Assembly (NCBI GenBank): GCA_903821355.1
Contig: CAIJKW010000049.1
Span: 1 to 56,057 of the forward strand
Length of the DNA stretch: 56,057 nucleotides
Origin: an uncultured bacterium
GTDB taxonomy: Bacteria > Patescibacteriota > Minisyncoccia > Phycocordibacterales > CAIZLB01
Direction of reading: 5' to 3'
Shown: positions 39,534-48,388 of the stretch, in pieces
Position numbering within the stretch: position 1 is the first letter of the stretch
Layout: the number at the start of each line of letters is the position of its first letter
Translations under genes and position numbers: made by a program
Notes under the pieces: model-generated
What the model was told of the DNA's origin: nothing
Seen by the model: only the letters and a program-made list of their open reading frames with translations
Database searches by the model: none

Positions 39534-39992
39534 ATGAACGAAAGGCAAGCTGCAGCTCAAAGAGATTATTCCCAAGGAAAAAGTCCTGGTAAAGATTCTT
39601 CGCCTACTCAAGAAAAAATGAACTATAATGGTGAGTTAATTGAGGGTGGTGATGAAAAAAAAATAGCAAAATCAACCTTTATTATAATGATTGGTGTTGG
39701 GTTGGTTTTGGATTTAATTGGCTTAATTCCCGCTTTAGGTTGGTTTACAAGCTCCTTAATACTGATTCTTATTTATTTAAAACTTGGTGTAAAATTTCAC
39801 CTTAAAAATGTTTTGAAATTTGGTGGATGTGATTTGATTAAATTAATTCCAGGACTTAGTATCATTCCAGCCTTTACCTTAAGTGTTATATTGAATCTTG
39901 GTCCAATGATTGAAGGTTTGGAAGACTCAATCCCAGGGGGTGAGATTGTTGCACACTCAGTACAAAAAGCAATTTCTATGACAAAAAAATAG
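39534..39992 (+). CDS. Small membrane hypothetical protein
   Basis: Two to three hydrophobic segments, IKLIPGLSIIPAFT. Confidence 0.72.
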   Translation: MNERQAAAQRDYSQGKSPGKDSSPTQEKMNYNGELIEGGDEKKIAKSTFIIMIGVGLVLDLIGLIPALGWFTSSLILILIYLKLGVKFHLKNVLKFGGCDLIKLIPGLSIIPAFTLSVILNLGPMIEGLEDSIPGGEIVAHSVQKAISMTKK

Positions 39993-40058
39993 TTTTTTAT
40001 CAAACTATAAACAAAAAATTAATTACAGTGTATAATTAGTAAAGTAAATATTCAGATT

Positions 40059-41150
40059 ATGAAAAATAAAACACAAAACACAAATATTCTTTTTTTGATT
40101 GTTGTTTTTGTTTTTTCTGTTGTTTTTGTTTTTAATTCAAAAAATCTGTCTTTAATAAATATTGTTAATGCCCAACTAAGTCCCTCCTTGGACGGAAGCG
40201 ATGTCCCACTACCTGAGCAAGTCAAAGAAATAAAACAACAATTGGATGTGGTGGTATCACCAGAGACACCTAGGCCTAGCGACGATGTAACTATATCTGT
40301 TGAAACTTATGGCGGACTGGACTTAAACTCGACAAATATACAATGGCTAATTAATGGAAAACAGCAATTACGCGGTGCTGGTGAAAAGAAGTTTACATTT
40401 AATGTTGGAAACTCAGGGGTAAGTAATGTGGTTTTAAACATCTTTCCAAAAAACCAACCACAGATTGTAAGGACCTTTACATTTAATCCATCAAATATAG
40501 ATCTCTTGTGGGAAGCTGAGACATACACACCTCCGTTTTATAGAGGTAAGGCTTTGTTTTCACCAGAATCATCTGTAACGATGGTTGCTATACCAAACTT
40601 TGTTAATGGCAACTCAAGAGTAAGTGATTCAAATGTTGTATACAAATGGAGTCTGGACAGAGAGGTACAAGGGGATAATTCTGGTTATGGAAAAAACTAT
40701 TTTAAATATACAGCAGATATTATTCCACTAGACAGAACAATAGATATTGAGGCTTATCCATCTGGACAAGAGAGCAGAAAGGGGGTTGGTAGTGTTGATC
40801 TATCAACAAAAAAATCATTTGCCTTATTTTATGAAGACAACCCAACAAACGGTATAATGTTTAACTATTCTCTAGGTGGCCAAATAAACTTAGGATCCAG
40901 GAATGATTCAAAAATCAGTGTTTTTCCTTACAATTTCAGTACGATAAACAAAGATTTGGGATTAGAATATACTTGGTATGTAAATTCAGAAAAAATTGAC
41001 ATTCCAAACAACACAAACACCGTAACGATTAAAAAGAACACTATAGAAAAAGTTAACAACGCTGGTGTTTTGGTTGATATCTCCAATCCAACACATATAA
41101 TGCAGACCACTCAAAACAGTATAGATTTTTTGTTTAATAACAATCAATAG
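40059..41150 (+). CDS. Exported protein with tandem Ig-like beta-sandwich domains
   Basis: Signal/TM; repeated IQWLING, YKWSLD, YTWYVN strands. Confidence 0.72.
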   Translation: MKNKTQNTNILFLIVVFVFSVVFVFNSKNLSLINIVNAQLSPSLDGSDVPLPEQVKEIKQQLDVVVSPETPRPSDDVTISVETYGGLDLNSTNIQWLINGKQQLRGAGEKKFTFNVGNSGVSNVVLNIFPKNQPQIVRTFTFNPSNIDLLWEAETYTPPFYRGKALFSPESSVTMVAIPNFVNGNSRVSDSNVVYKWSLDREVQGDNSGYGKNYFKYTADIIPLDRTIDIEAYPSGQESRKGVGSVDLSTKKSFALFYEDNPTNGIMFNYSLGGQINLGSRNDSKISVFPYNFSTINKDLGLEYTWYVNSEKIDIPNNTNTVTIKKNTIEKVNNAGVLVDISNPTHIMQTTQNSIDFLFNNNQ

Positions 41151-41235
41151 TTTTATTTTGTTGGTTTTGGGTTTTTACACAGTATTTAGTTTATATAAAT
41201 ATACATCAATCTTTATTTGTTGTATTATATTAGTA

Positions 41236-42042
41236 ATGAATACTTTAAAGAATAAGACCAAAAACTCCTATCAGAAAGTTTTATCAGCAATAGGTATTTT
41301 ATCTTTATTTTGTTATTTGCTTTTTGGATTGAGTATCAATCTCATTAAAGCAGAGACTCAACAAACCTTTTCAACACCTGGATTAGATAAAGCAGGTGGT
41401 ATGCAACAATACACAAACACCACAGGACAGATGCCTGGGGGAGTACCACAGTCCAACGCACAAGCACAACAAATCTGGAGCCAAGGAACTGGAATGCCTT
41501 CAAACTCATCAGTACTAACACCAGGTTCTATGGTCTCACAAAACGGCCCACCAACAGCGAGTGACGTTAATTGTGGTATCAATGTAATAAGTGGCACATG
41601 GAATTATTGCATGCTCGCTCCAGTCAACGGCCTTATCGGAAACCTGATTGGAACAAGTACGGAGCAGGTTCCAATTAATGAAAACAGTTTGCAAACCTTC
41701 TTTGCAAAAATTTATCAGATTGGCATAGCTGTTGTTATAGCCCTAGCTATTGTCATGATTTCTTTAGGGGGTATTAGATTGGCAACAACAGACTCCGTCT
41801 TAGGAACAGATGAGGGTAAAAAAATGGTCAACGCAGCTTTTGCCGGTCTTTTTGTTGCGTTATTCTCTTATGTTTTACTATATACAATAAACCCAGCATT
41901 ATTATCAAACGGCAACGGCAGTGATGGTACTAGTGCCTTATTCCCAACAACAAACATTCCTGTGATTACACCAACAGTACAAACACAAGGTCAACAAAAC
42001 AACAATAAAGGCGTGAATCCTCTTTTAACCCCAGCTCCTTAA
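41236..42042 (+). CDS. TrbC/VirB2-type T4SS pilin with long N-terminal extension
   Basis: ALAIVMISLGGIRLATT...GKKMVNAAFAGLFVALFSYVLLYTINPALL; ATG 41236 is 7 nt after TATTAT. Confidence 0.82.
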   Translation: MNTLKNKTKNSYQKVLSAIGILSLFCYLLFGLSINLIKAETQQTFSTPGLDKAGGMQQYTNTTGQMPGGVPQSNAQAQQIWSQGTGMPSNSSVLTPGSMVSQNGPPTASDVNCGINVISGTWNYCMLAPVNGLIGNLIGTSTEQVPINENSLQTFFAKIYQIGIAVVIALAIVMISLGGIRLATTDSVLGTDEGKKMVNAAFAGLFVALFSYVLLYTINPALLSNGNGSDGTSALFPTTNIPVITPTVQTQGQQNNNKGVNPLLTPAP

Positions 42043-42051
42043 AGTAATCAT

Positions 42052-43626
42052 ATGTCTAAATCAAAATTAACAATATTAATAGTAATCATCTTAAGTATAG
42101 CGATTGGCCTACTTGCTGGTTTCTATTTCTATAGCAAAAAGACAAATACAATTACCCAACCAACACCTAGTGATAAAACAATTTTCGGTGGAATAGGTGG
42201 TGTTAGAACAGACTTACCGACAGATAACACAAACAATATATCAGGTAACGAAACAGGATCTGGGGGAGATACACCTCTTGCAACATCGACACCAAAATCA
42301 AATCCATTAAGAATGATAGCTTCTGGCCCTATAGCTGGTGCTGATTTTGTAACCAGAGATATTATTGCAACATCGTCTTTGTTGATTTTACAAAACCAAA
42401 CAGCAAACAAAAGCACATCGACAAAAACAACAGTTAAAACAATTAAACCAAAGATTATAGGTCAGGAAGAAAAAATTAGATATATAGAAAGAGGAAAGGG
42501 GATGGTTTACGAAACATCATCATCGACACCTGCAGTTTCAAGAATCACCAATTCCACATACACAAGAATAACCGAGTCTTTCTTTGATAAAACAGGAGAC
42601 AATCTCTTGTTGAGAGGTCTTGTTGGTAGTTCTGACACAATTCAGACTGTGTTAGGCAAGACGATACTTGAAACACCAACATCAACAACCATGTCACTGA
42701 AAATGAATCCCCTGCCTTATAATTTAATCTCGCTTGTTTTATCGCCAACAAAAGATTATTTTGCATCTTACATAGAACAAAAAGGTGTTGGATCTTCAAT
42801 TAATATAAGTAGATTAGATGGAACGGGTGTGTTTAATATATATAAATCCCCTTTTAGAGAATGGTTACTATCCTGGCCAAGTGCTGACACTGTTATTTTA
42901 AACACAAAACCATCTACATATTCAGCTGGTTTTGCTTATTCTATAAACACAAAAACCAAAGCTTTTAAAAGGATTACTGGGGGACAGAGTGGATTAACAA
43001 CATTAATGTCTCCCGATGGTTTAAATGTTTTAGTGGGTGAGAGTATAGATGGATCTATGAAATTAAGTGTTTTAAATTTAAAAACTCAGTCTTTTAAAGA
43101 TATTTACGAAAGGGCACTACCTGAAAAATGTGTTTGGTCTAAATTAGAGAAAAACACAATCTTTTGTGCGGCTGGCGAATCAATTGTTTATGCCCCATAC
43201 CCTGACGCATGGTACCAAGGTTTGGTGTTTTTTGATGATAATATTTGGAAAATAAATACAGAAACACAAGAGAATAAAATTGTTGCTGTAATTAAAGATT
43301 ATGTAAAAGACGGCTTGGATGCGACAAACTTATTGTTAAGTAAAAATGAGGATTATATGCTATTTACAAACAAGAAGGATTTGAGTTTGTGGGGATTAGA
43401 AATTCCAAAACCACAAAAAGCAACATCAACCAACACAACAAAAACACAAAAAGTGAGTGTTGCAACAAGCACAACGAGTATTAAAACAACAACAAAAACT
43501 CCTACCTCAACAACCAAAAAAACAACCAGTATTAGTACCACTACAAAGACCACCAACAACACTACAACAAATCTGAAATCAACATCAACCGATTCAAATT
43601 CAACAAAAAAGATTTTTATAGATTAG
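42052..43626 (+). CDS. Membrane-anchored beta-rich (propeller-like) protein with Thr-rich tail
   Basis: N-terminal TM, LSP/MSPDG blade-like motifs, PEKCVWS, PDAWYQG, Thr/Lys tail. Confidence 0.72.
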   Translation: MSKSKLTILIVIILSIAIGLLAGFYFYSKKTNTITQPTPSDKTIFGGIGGVRTDLPTDNTNNISGNETGSGGDTPLATSTPKSNPLRMIASGPIAGADFVTRDIIATSSLLILQNQTANKSTSTKTTVKTIKPKIIGQEEKIRYIERGKGMVYETSSSTPAVSRITNSTYTRITESFFDKTGDNLLLRGLVGSSDTIQTVLGKTILETPTSTTMSLKMNPLPYNLISLVLSPTKDYFASYIEQKGVGSSINISRLDGTGVFNIYKSPFREWLLSWPSADTVILNTKPSTYSAGFAYSINTKTKAFKRITGGQSGLTTLMSPDGLNVLVGESIDGSMKLSVLNLKTQSFKDIYERALPEKCVWSKLEKNTIFCAAGESIVYAPYPDAWYQGLVFFDDNIWKINTETQENKIVAVIKDYVKDGLDATNLLLSKNEDYMLFTNKKDLSLWGLEIPKPQKATSTNTTKTQKVSVATSTTSIKTTTKTPTSTTKKTTSISTTTKTTNNTTTNLKSTSTDSNSTKKIFID

Positions 43627-43645
43627 TGAAGGTATAAAAAGATTT

Positions 43646-44380
43646 TTATTTATTTTTATTTTCGTCTTTTTTTATTGTCTTTCTAAAATAAACCTCCTGA
43701 GCAATCGCAAAAATATTTGAGGTTATCCAATAAAGAGAGATGGCTGATGTTAAACTAAATGATATTAAAAAAACAATTGCTGGCATCGTATATCTCATTT
43801 GAACATTCATACTTTTGGCAAAATCTTCTTGTTTACCAACCCTTCCGGAGGATTTATAGGCTGGGACAGAATACCTTATTTGCACAAATTGTGTAACACC
43901 AACAATAATACTTAGCCAAATATTTTTCTTTGTTATATCCAACAACCCCAAAAACATAGTGTTTACCGTTTGGGGATTTGGAATAAAGTTGTATAACAAA
44001 GACGGATCAATGTGTGGTAAACCTGATCTGTAGAAAATATTTGCTAGCGACAAAATTATAGGTAGTTGAATTAACAAAAGAAGAATCCCAGAAAATGGAT
44101 TTAGATTATTTTTTTTATAAAACTCTAGCATTTTTTTAGCCTGCTCTTCTTTATTATTAGCTGTTTGCTCTTTTATTTTGTTTAACTCTGGCTCCAACGC
44201 CTTCATTTTTAACTGAGTAACAACAGAACTTTTTGATAGTGGAATTAAGACAAACTTAACAATACATGTGAAAACAATAACAGCGACACCAAGATCTGCG
44301 TTGGGGGTATGGTTTATTATAAAAACCAAACCGTTGTATAGGGGGATATAAAACGTTACGCTAAAAAAATTTGTTATCAT
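43646..44380 (-). CDS. yidC: Membrane protein insertase YidC/Oxa1
   Basis: LEPELNKIKE, NPFSGILLLLIQLPI, LYWITSNIF..QE. Confidence 0.95.
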   Translation of the reverse strand: MITNFFSVTFYIPLYNGLVFIINHTPNADLGVAVIVFTCIVKFVLIPLSKSSVVTQLKMKALEPELNKIKEQTANNKEEQAKKMLEFYKKNNLNPFSGILLLLIQLPIILSLANIFYRSGLPHIDPSLLYNFIPNPQTVNTMFLGLLDITKKNIWLSIIVGVTQFVQIRYSVPAYKSSGRVGKQEDFAKSMNVQMRYTMPAIVFLISFSLTSAISLYWITSNIFAIAQEVYFRKTIKKDENKNK

Positions 44381-44820
44381 TATTTTATTATATAATCTTT
44401 TAGTAAAATTTGCTCTATTTCTTGACCAATGATTTTAAAATCATTCCTTATTGTTTCTTTTTTAGCTAAAAAAACAAATTGTGGGGTGGGGGTTTTAAGA
44501 ATACCGCCGTTTTTTTCAACATTTGTTAATTCTTTTAAAAAAGACTCTTTCATTCTTCTTTTGACTCTATTTCTGTCTACCGCCTTAATAAAAACCTTTT
44601 TTGAAGCAATGAAGGTGCAGAAGAGTTCTAAACCTTTGTTTTTATCTGTTTTTTCTTGTTTTTTGTGTTCTGGTGTTGTTTTTCCCGTGTTTTTGTGTTT
44701 TTTGTCATCAAAAACAACTGTTTCGTAATGTGTTTTTAAAAGAAAAGAGCCTGAGTTATAGGCCCTACCTTTTTTCATTATTAAAGCGATTTGTGAGGGA
44801 GAAAGGCTTTTTATTGTCAT
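44380..44820 (-). CDS. rnpA: Ribonuclease P protein component with insertion
   Basis: SKKVFIKAVDRNRVKRRMKE (RNR motif); lies between rpmH and yidC. Confidence 0.88.
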   Translation of the reverse strand: MTIKSLSPSQIALIMKKGRAYNSGSFLLKTHYETVVFDDKKHKNTGKTTPEHKKQEKTDKNKGLELFCTFIASKKVFIKAVDRNRVKRRMKESFLKELTNVEKNGGILKTPTPQFVFLAKKETIRNDFKIIGQEIEQILLKDYIIK

Positions 44821-44870
44821 ATATGGCTTTAATTAAGGTGTTTTATTGAAACACCAAAGCACGCAAACGA

Positions 44871-45005
44871 CTATACAGCCAGCTTTTTTCTACCTTTTGC
44901 ACGACGAGCGGCCAAAACACGGCGTCCACCGTGAGTCTTTGTTCTCACAAGAAAACCGTGAGTCTTTGCTCGCTTTCTTTTGTTTGGTTGGTATGTTTGC
45001 GACAT
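44871..45005 (-). CDS. rpmH: 50S ribosomal protein L34 (absent from the ORF track)
   Basis: Translates to [44 protein letters not shown]; promoter TTTACA-17-TAATAT. Confidence 0.97.
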   Translation of the reverse strand: MSQTYQPNKRKRAKTHGFLVRTKTHGGRRVLAARRAKGRKKLAV

Positions 45006-45139
45006 GGTAAGGATATTAACCTATTTTTGTTTTTTTGTAAACATACCTCATGGGTGATTTAGTAGAACGGATCACTAAACAAACAAGCTGTTGTTCTTAA
45101 TAAAAAATTAAAAAATGTATTTAAAGAAAAGTAAATGAG

Positions 45140-45158
45140 TTATCCACAGGTATCAACA
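45140..45158 (+). promoter_or_regulatory. DnaA boxes upstream of dnaA
   Basis: TTATCCACA 45140-45148 and degenerate GTATCAACA 45150-45158. Confidence 0.75.
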
Positions 45159-45217
45159 TACTTTTATATATTATTCAAGTTTCATTTAAAAAAACAAGGG
45201 GTATAATATTTACCACT

Positions 45218-46552
45218 ATGGATATCAAAAAACTATGGGATGATTTGTTGGCGCAAATGGAGATAGAAGTATCAAGAGCCAACTTTTCAACATGGTTCAA
45301 AGATACTTATATAAACAAAATGGAAGGGGGTGTGGTTTACTTAGCTGTTCCAAACACATTCGCAAAAGAGTGGTTATCTCAAAGGTATCATAAAAAAATA
45401 TTAGAAATATTAAGGATGGGGGATGACACAATAAGGTCTGTTGAGTATATAATTTCTACACAAAAAAAGAAAAAAGACAGTGAGTCTTTGGATGAAAATT
45501 CCCAAAACAAAGAATTACCATTGAGTGGTCTGTTTATTAACCCTGAGGACAACCTAAACCCTAGATACACCTTTGAAAACTTTGTTGTTGGACAATTTAA
45601 TGAGCTTGCCCACGCCGCAGCACAAGCAATAATTAAAAAACCAGTTGCCTACAATCCACTTTTTTACTATGGAAACACAGGTTTAGGCAAGACTCATCTA
45701 ATGCAGGCTATAGGTAACCACATAAAGAACCACAATAAGGATCGTAGGGTTTACTATGTTACATCTGAAAAATTTACAATGGACTATATAATGTCTCTTC
45801 AGTCTGGAAAAATCAATAATTTTAAAGATAAATATAGAAAATATGATGTTTTAATTATAGATGACATACAGTTTCTATCAAACAAAGAGAAGACTCAGGA
45901 AGAACTCTTCCATTTGTTTAACCACCTCTACGACAACAACAAGCAAATAATCTTTTCATCAGATGTGCATGTAAATCACCTTCCCAACCTAGAGGATCGT
46001 CTAAAATCAAGGTTTATGGCGGGCATGATTATAGACATCTCTCCAGCAGACACAGAATCCAGGATGGCCATACTTAAAACAAAAGCTAGGATTAACAGTT
46101 TTAATATTTCGGATGAGGTTGCCTCTTTTTTAGCATCAAATGTTAATGGTAGTATTAGAGAGCTTGAGGGTGTTTTAAACGCCCTTATGTGTCAATCTCA
46201 ATTAAAAGGGAGGGATTTGGTGCTTTCTGAAATTAAACAACTCACAAAAAACACAGGAAAAATTCATAGGAATGTTTCTGTAAAGGATGTGGTTAGGGCT
46301 GTGGCCTCTTTTTACAACATAGAAGAAGAGACTATTTACAACAAAACGAGACGTCAGGAGGTTGTAAAACCAAGACAATTAACAATGTATATTTTAAGGG
46401 AATACTACAACATATCACTTCCATCCATTGGACAAAAACTTGGGGGCAGAGACCATACAACAGTAATACACTCATGTGAAAAGATAAAGAATGAATTAAA
46501 GGTAAATTTTGAATTACAATCAGAAATCAATCAAATCAAATCAATGATTTAA
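45218..46552 (+). CDS. dnaA: Replication initiator DnaA
   Basis: LNPRYTFENFVVG, YNPLFYYGNTGLGKTHL, IDDIQFL, RELEG, GGRDHTTVIH. Confidence 0.99.
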   Translation: MDIKKLWDDLLAQMEIEVSRANFSTWFKDTYINKMEGGVVYLAVPNTFAKEWLSQRYHKKILEILRMGDDTIRSVEYIISTQKKKKDSESLDENSQNKELPLSGLFINPEDNLNPRYTFENFVVGQFNELAHAAAQAIIKKPVAYNPLFYYGNTGLGKTHLMQAIGNHIKNHNKDRRVYYVTSEKFTMDYIMSLQSGKINNFKDKYRKYDVLIIDDIQFLSNKEKTQEELFHLFNHLYDNNKQIIFSSDVHVNHLPNLEDRLKSRFMAGMIIDISPADTESRMAILKTKARINSFNISDEVASFLASNVNGSIRELEGVLNALMCQSQLKGRDLVLSEIKQLTKNTGKIHRNVSVKDVVRAVASFYNIEEETIYNKTRRQEVVKPRQLTMYILREYYNISLPSIGQKLGGRDHTTVIHSCEKIKNELKVNFELQSEINQIKSMI

Positions 46553-46933
46553 TTTTCTAAGGCTGTAATTTATACAAAAAAGTTATAGGTGGGTTGTGTT
46601 TCAACCGATAAATAGGTAAATAAATGGGTAATAATGGTTATTTTAACAAGATAACCATTATTATTTTGTGTATAACTATGTGTATAACTTGTTATTAACC
46701 CGGGTTTAATATGTTTATAAGTTGTTATTTAGTGAGTATAAGTTGTTGATTATGTGTATAGTTATCAACATGGCTTAAAAAGACATTGTTTAAGCCACCA
46801 AACAAAACACTGTCTTTTAGTTTGTCTTTTATTAAAATATGGTTAAATTAATAGGTATATTAAAAAGTCCACATATCCACAGGTATAACAGTAATAGGTT
46901 TTTTTATTAATAAAGATATATAATTAATACATT
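46553..46933. other. oriC (dnaA-dnaN intergenic region)
   Basis: TGTGTATAA 46667 and 46679, TGTGTATAG 46753, TTATCAACA 46762, tandem AAGTCCACA-TATCCACA 46865-46881 followed by trio-like triplets and an AT-rich tract. Confidence 0.85.
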
Positions 46934-48037
46934 ATGAAAATAGAATGCATAAGAGAAAGATTAGCCGAGGCTGTTTCAAAAGCTGAAAAGATTACAAGTA
47001 AGAATGCTTCGTTACCCATTCTTAAATGTATTCTTTTAAAAGCAACAAAAAAAGATGGTTTGTTTATCAACTCAACAAACCTAGATATTGGTATTGAAAT
47101 AAAAATACCAGCAAAAGTTGATGTTGAGGGTGTTGTTGCAATACCTGGATCTGTGTTGAATTCGTTCCTAACTAGTATTTCTTCTGAAAAAACAGTTACA
47201 CTAGATCTTCAGGATGGAAATCTTCTTGTTTCAACTCCAAAAACAAATACTATTATAAAAATATTTCCAAATGACGACTACCCAACACTTCCTTTTGTTG
47301 ATACAAAACAAGGTCTTGAAATACCCACAGAAAGCCTTATAACAGGTATTAAGTCTGTTTGGTATAGTTCCGCCACTTCTAGTATTAAACCAGAGCTCTC
47401 AAGTGTTTGTGTGACCCCTGAGGGCGATTCTATTGTGTTTGTAGCAACAGATGGATTGAGACTAGCTGAAAAAACAATTAAAACTAAACAAATACCAGAA
47501 TTTTCTCAAATTCTAATACCTGCAAAGAATGCTGTTGAAATAATAAGGGTTTTTGAGGGGGTAACAGAAAATATTAAAATGGTTATAGAACAAAACCAAA
47601 TCGCCATATCTTATAATGATATATATCTAGTTTCTAGAATTGTTGAGGGTAATTTTCCAAACTATAAAGCTATAATTCCAAAAGAGTTTGTTGCAGAGGT
47701 TACTGTTTTGAAGCAGGATTTAATAAACTGTTTCAAAACAAGCTCTATTTTTACAGACTCTTTTAATCACACTAAGTTTATAATTCATTCAGAAGAAAAA
47801 AGCGTTGAAATAATAACAAAAAACAACAATGTTGGAGAAAATTCAACAACAATACAAGGTTCCATTATTGGCGATTCTATGGATATTAATTTTAACTATA
47901 AATACATAATGGACGCTCTGGTTTCTATTAACTCCGATAGTTTAAAACTTTCTTTTAGTGGTATAAACAAACCAATGATAATGAAGCCAGTAGGAGATGA
48001 AAGTTTCTTATACCTCTTAATGCCGATGAATAGATAG
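46934..48037 (+). CDS. dnaN: DNA polymerase III beta clamp
   Basis: LPILKCILL, STNLD, VATDGLRLA, SRIVEGNFPNY, FNYKYIMD, LLMPM. Confidence 0.98.
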   Translation: MKIECIRERLAEAVSKAEKITSKNASLPILKCILLKATKKDGLFINSTNLDIGIEIKIPAKVDVEGVVAIPGSVLNSFLTSISSEKTVTLDLQDGNLLVSTPKTNTIIKIFPNDDYPTLPFVDTKQGLEIPTESLITGIKSVWYSSATSSIKPELSSVCVTPEGDSIVFVATDGLRLAEKTIKTKQIPEFSQILIPAKNAVEIIRVFEGVTENIKMVIEQNQIAISYNDIYLVSRIVEGNFPNYKAIIPKEFVAEVTVLKQDLINCFKTSSIFTDSFNHTKFIIHSEEKSVEIITKNNNVGENSTTIQGSIIGDSMDINFNYKYIMDALVSINSDSLKLSFSGINKPMIMKPVGDESFLYLLMPMNR

Positions 48038-48088
48038 ATAAGTAAAAAGGTGGTTATTTGACGATATTAATAATTTAAAAAAATAAAA

Positions 48089-48346
48089 ATGATCAATATC
48101 GGCGATTTATTAAAAAATTATTCGGAAATTAAAAGTCCATTAACTGATAAACTTAGTGTTTCTAATGCTTTAAATGAAAAATTTAATATAGATATTAAAG
48201 AAGATCAGATTTTTTTTAGAAAAAACACCATTGTTTTTAAGGTTAATTCTGTCCAAAAAAACCTTATTTACATTAAAAAAAACAATGTTTTGGAAATTAT
48301 TAAAAATACCGTTCCAAACAGGTTTATAAATACAATACAGTTTTAA
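48089..48346 (+). CDS. Small DciA/DUF721-like protein
   Basis: 85 aa directly after dnaN; IVFKVNS...ILE-like...INTIQF pattern resembles the DciA KH-like core. Confidence 0.5.
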   Translation: MINIGDLLKNYSEIKSPLTDKLSVSNALNEKFNIDIKEDQIFFRKNTIVFKVNSVQKNLIYIKKNNVLEIIKNTVPNRFINTIQF

Positions 48347-48388
48347 ATAGACTAAAAATAAATAAAATAAAAACCTTTTAGTTTCTAA

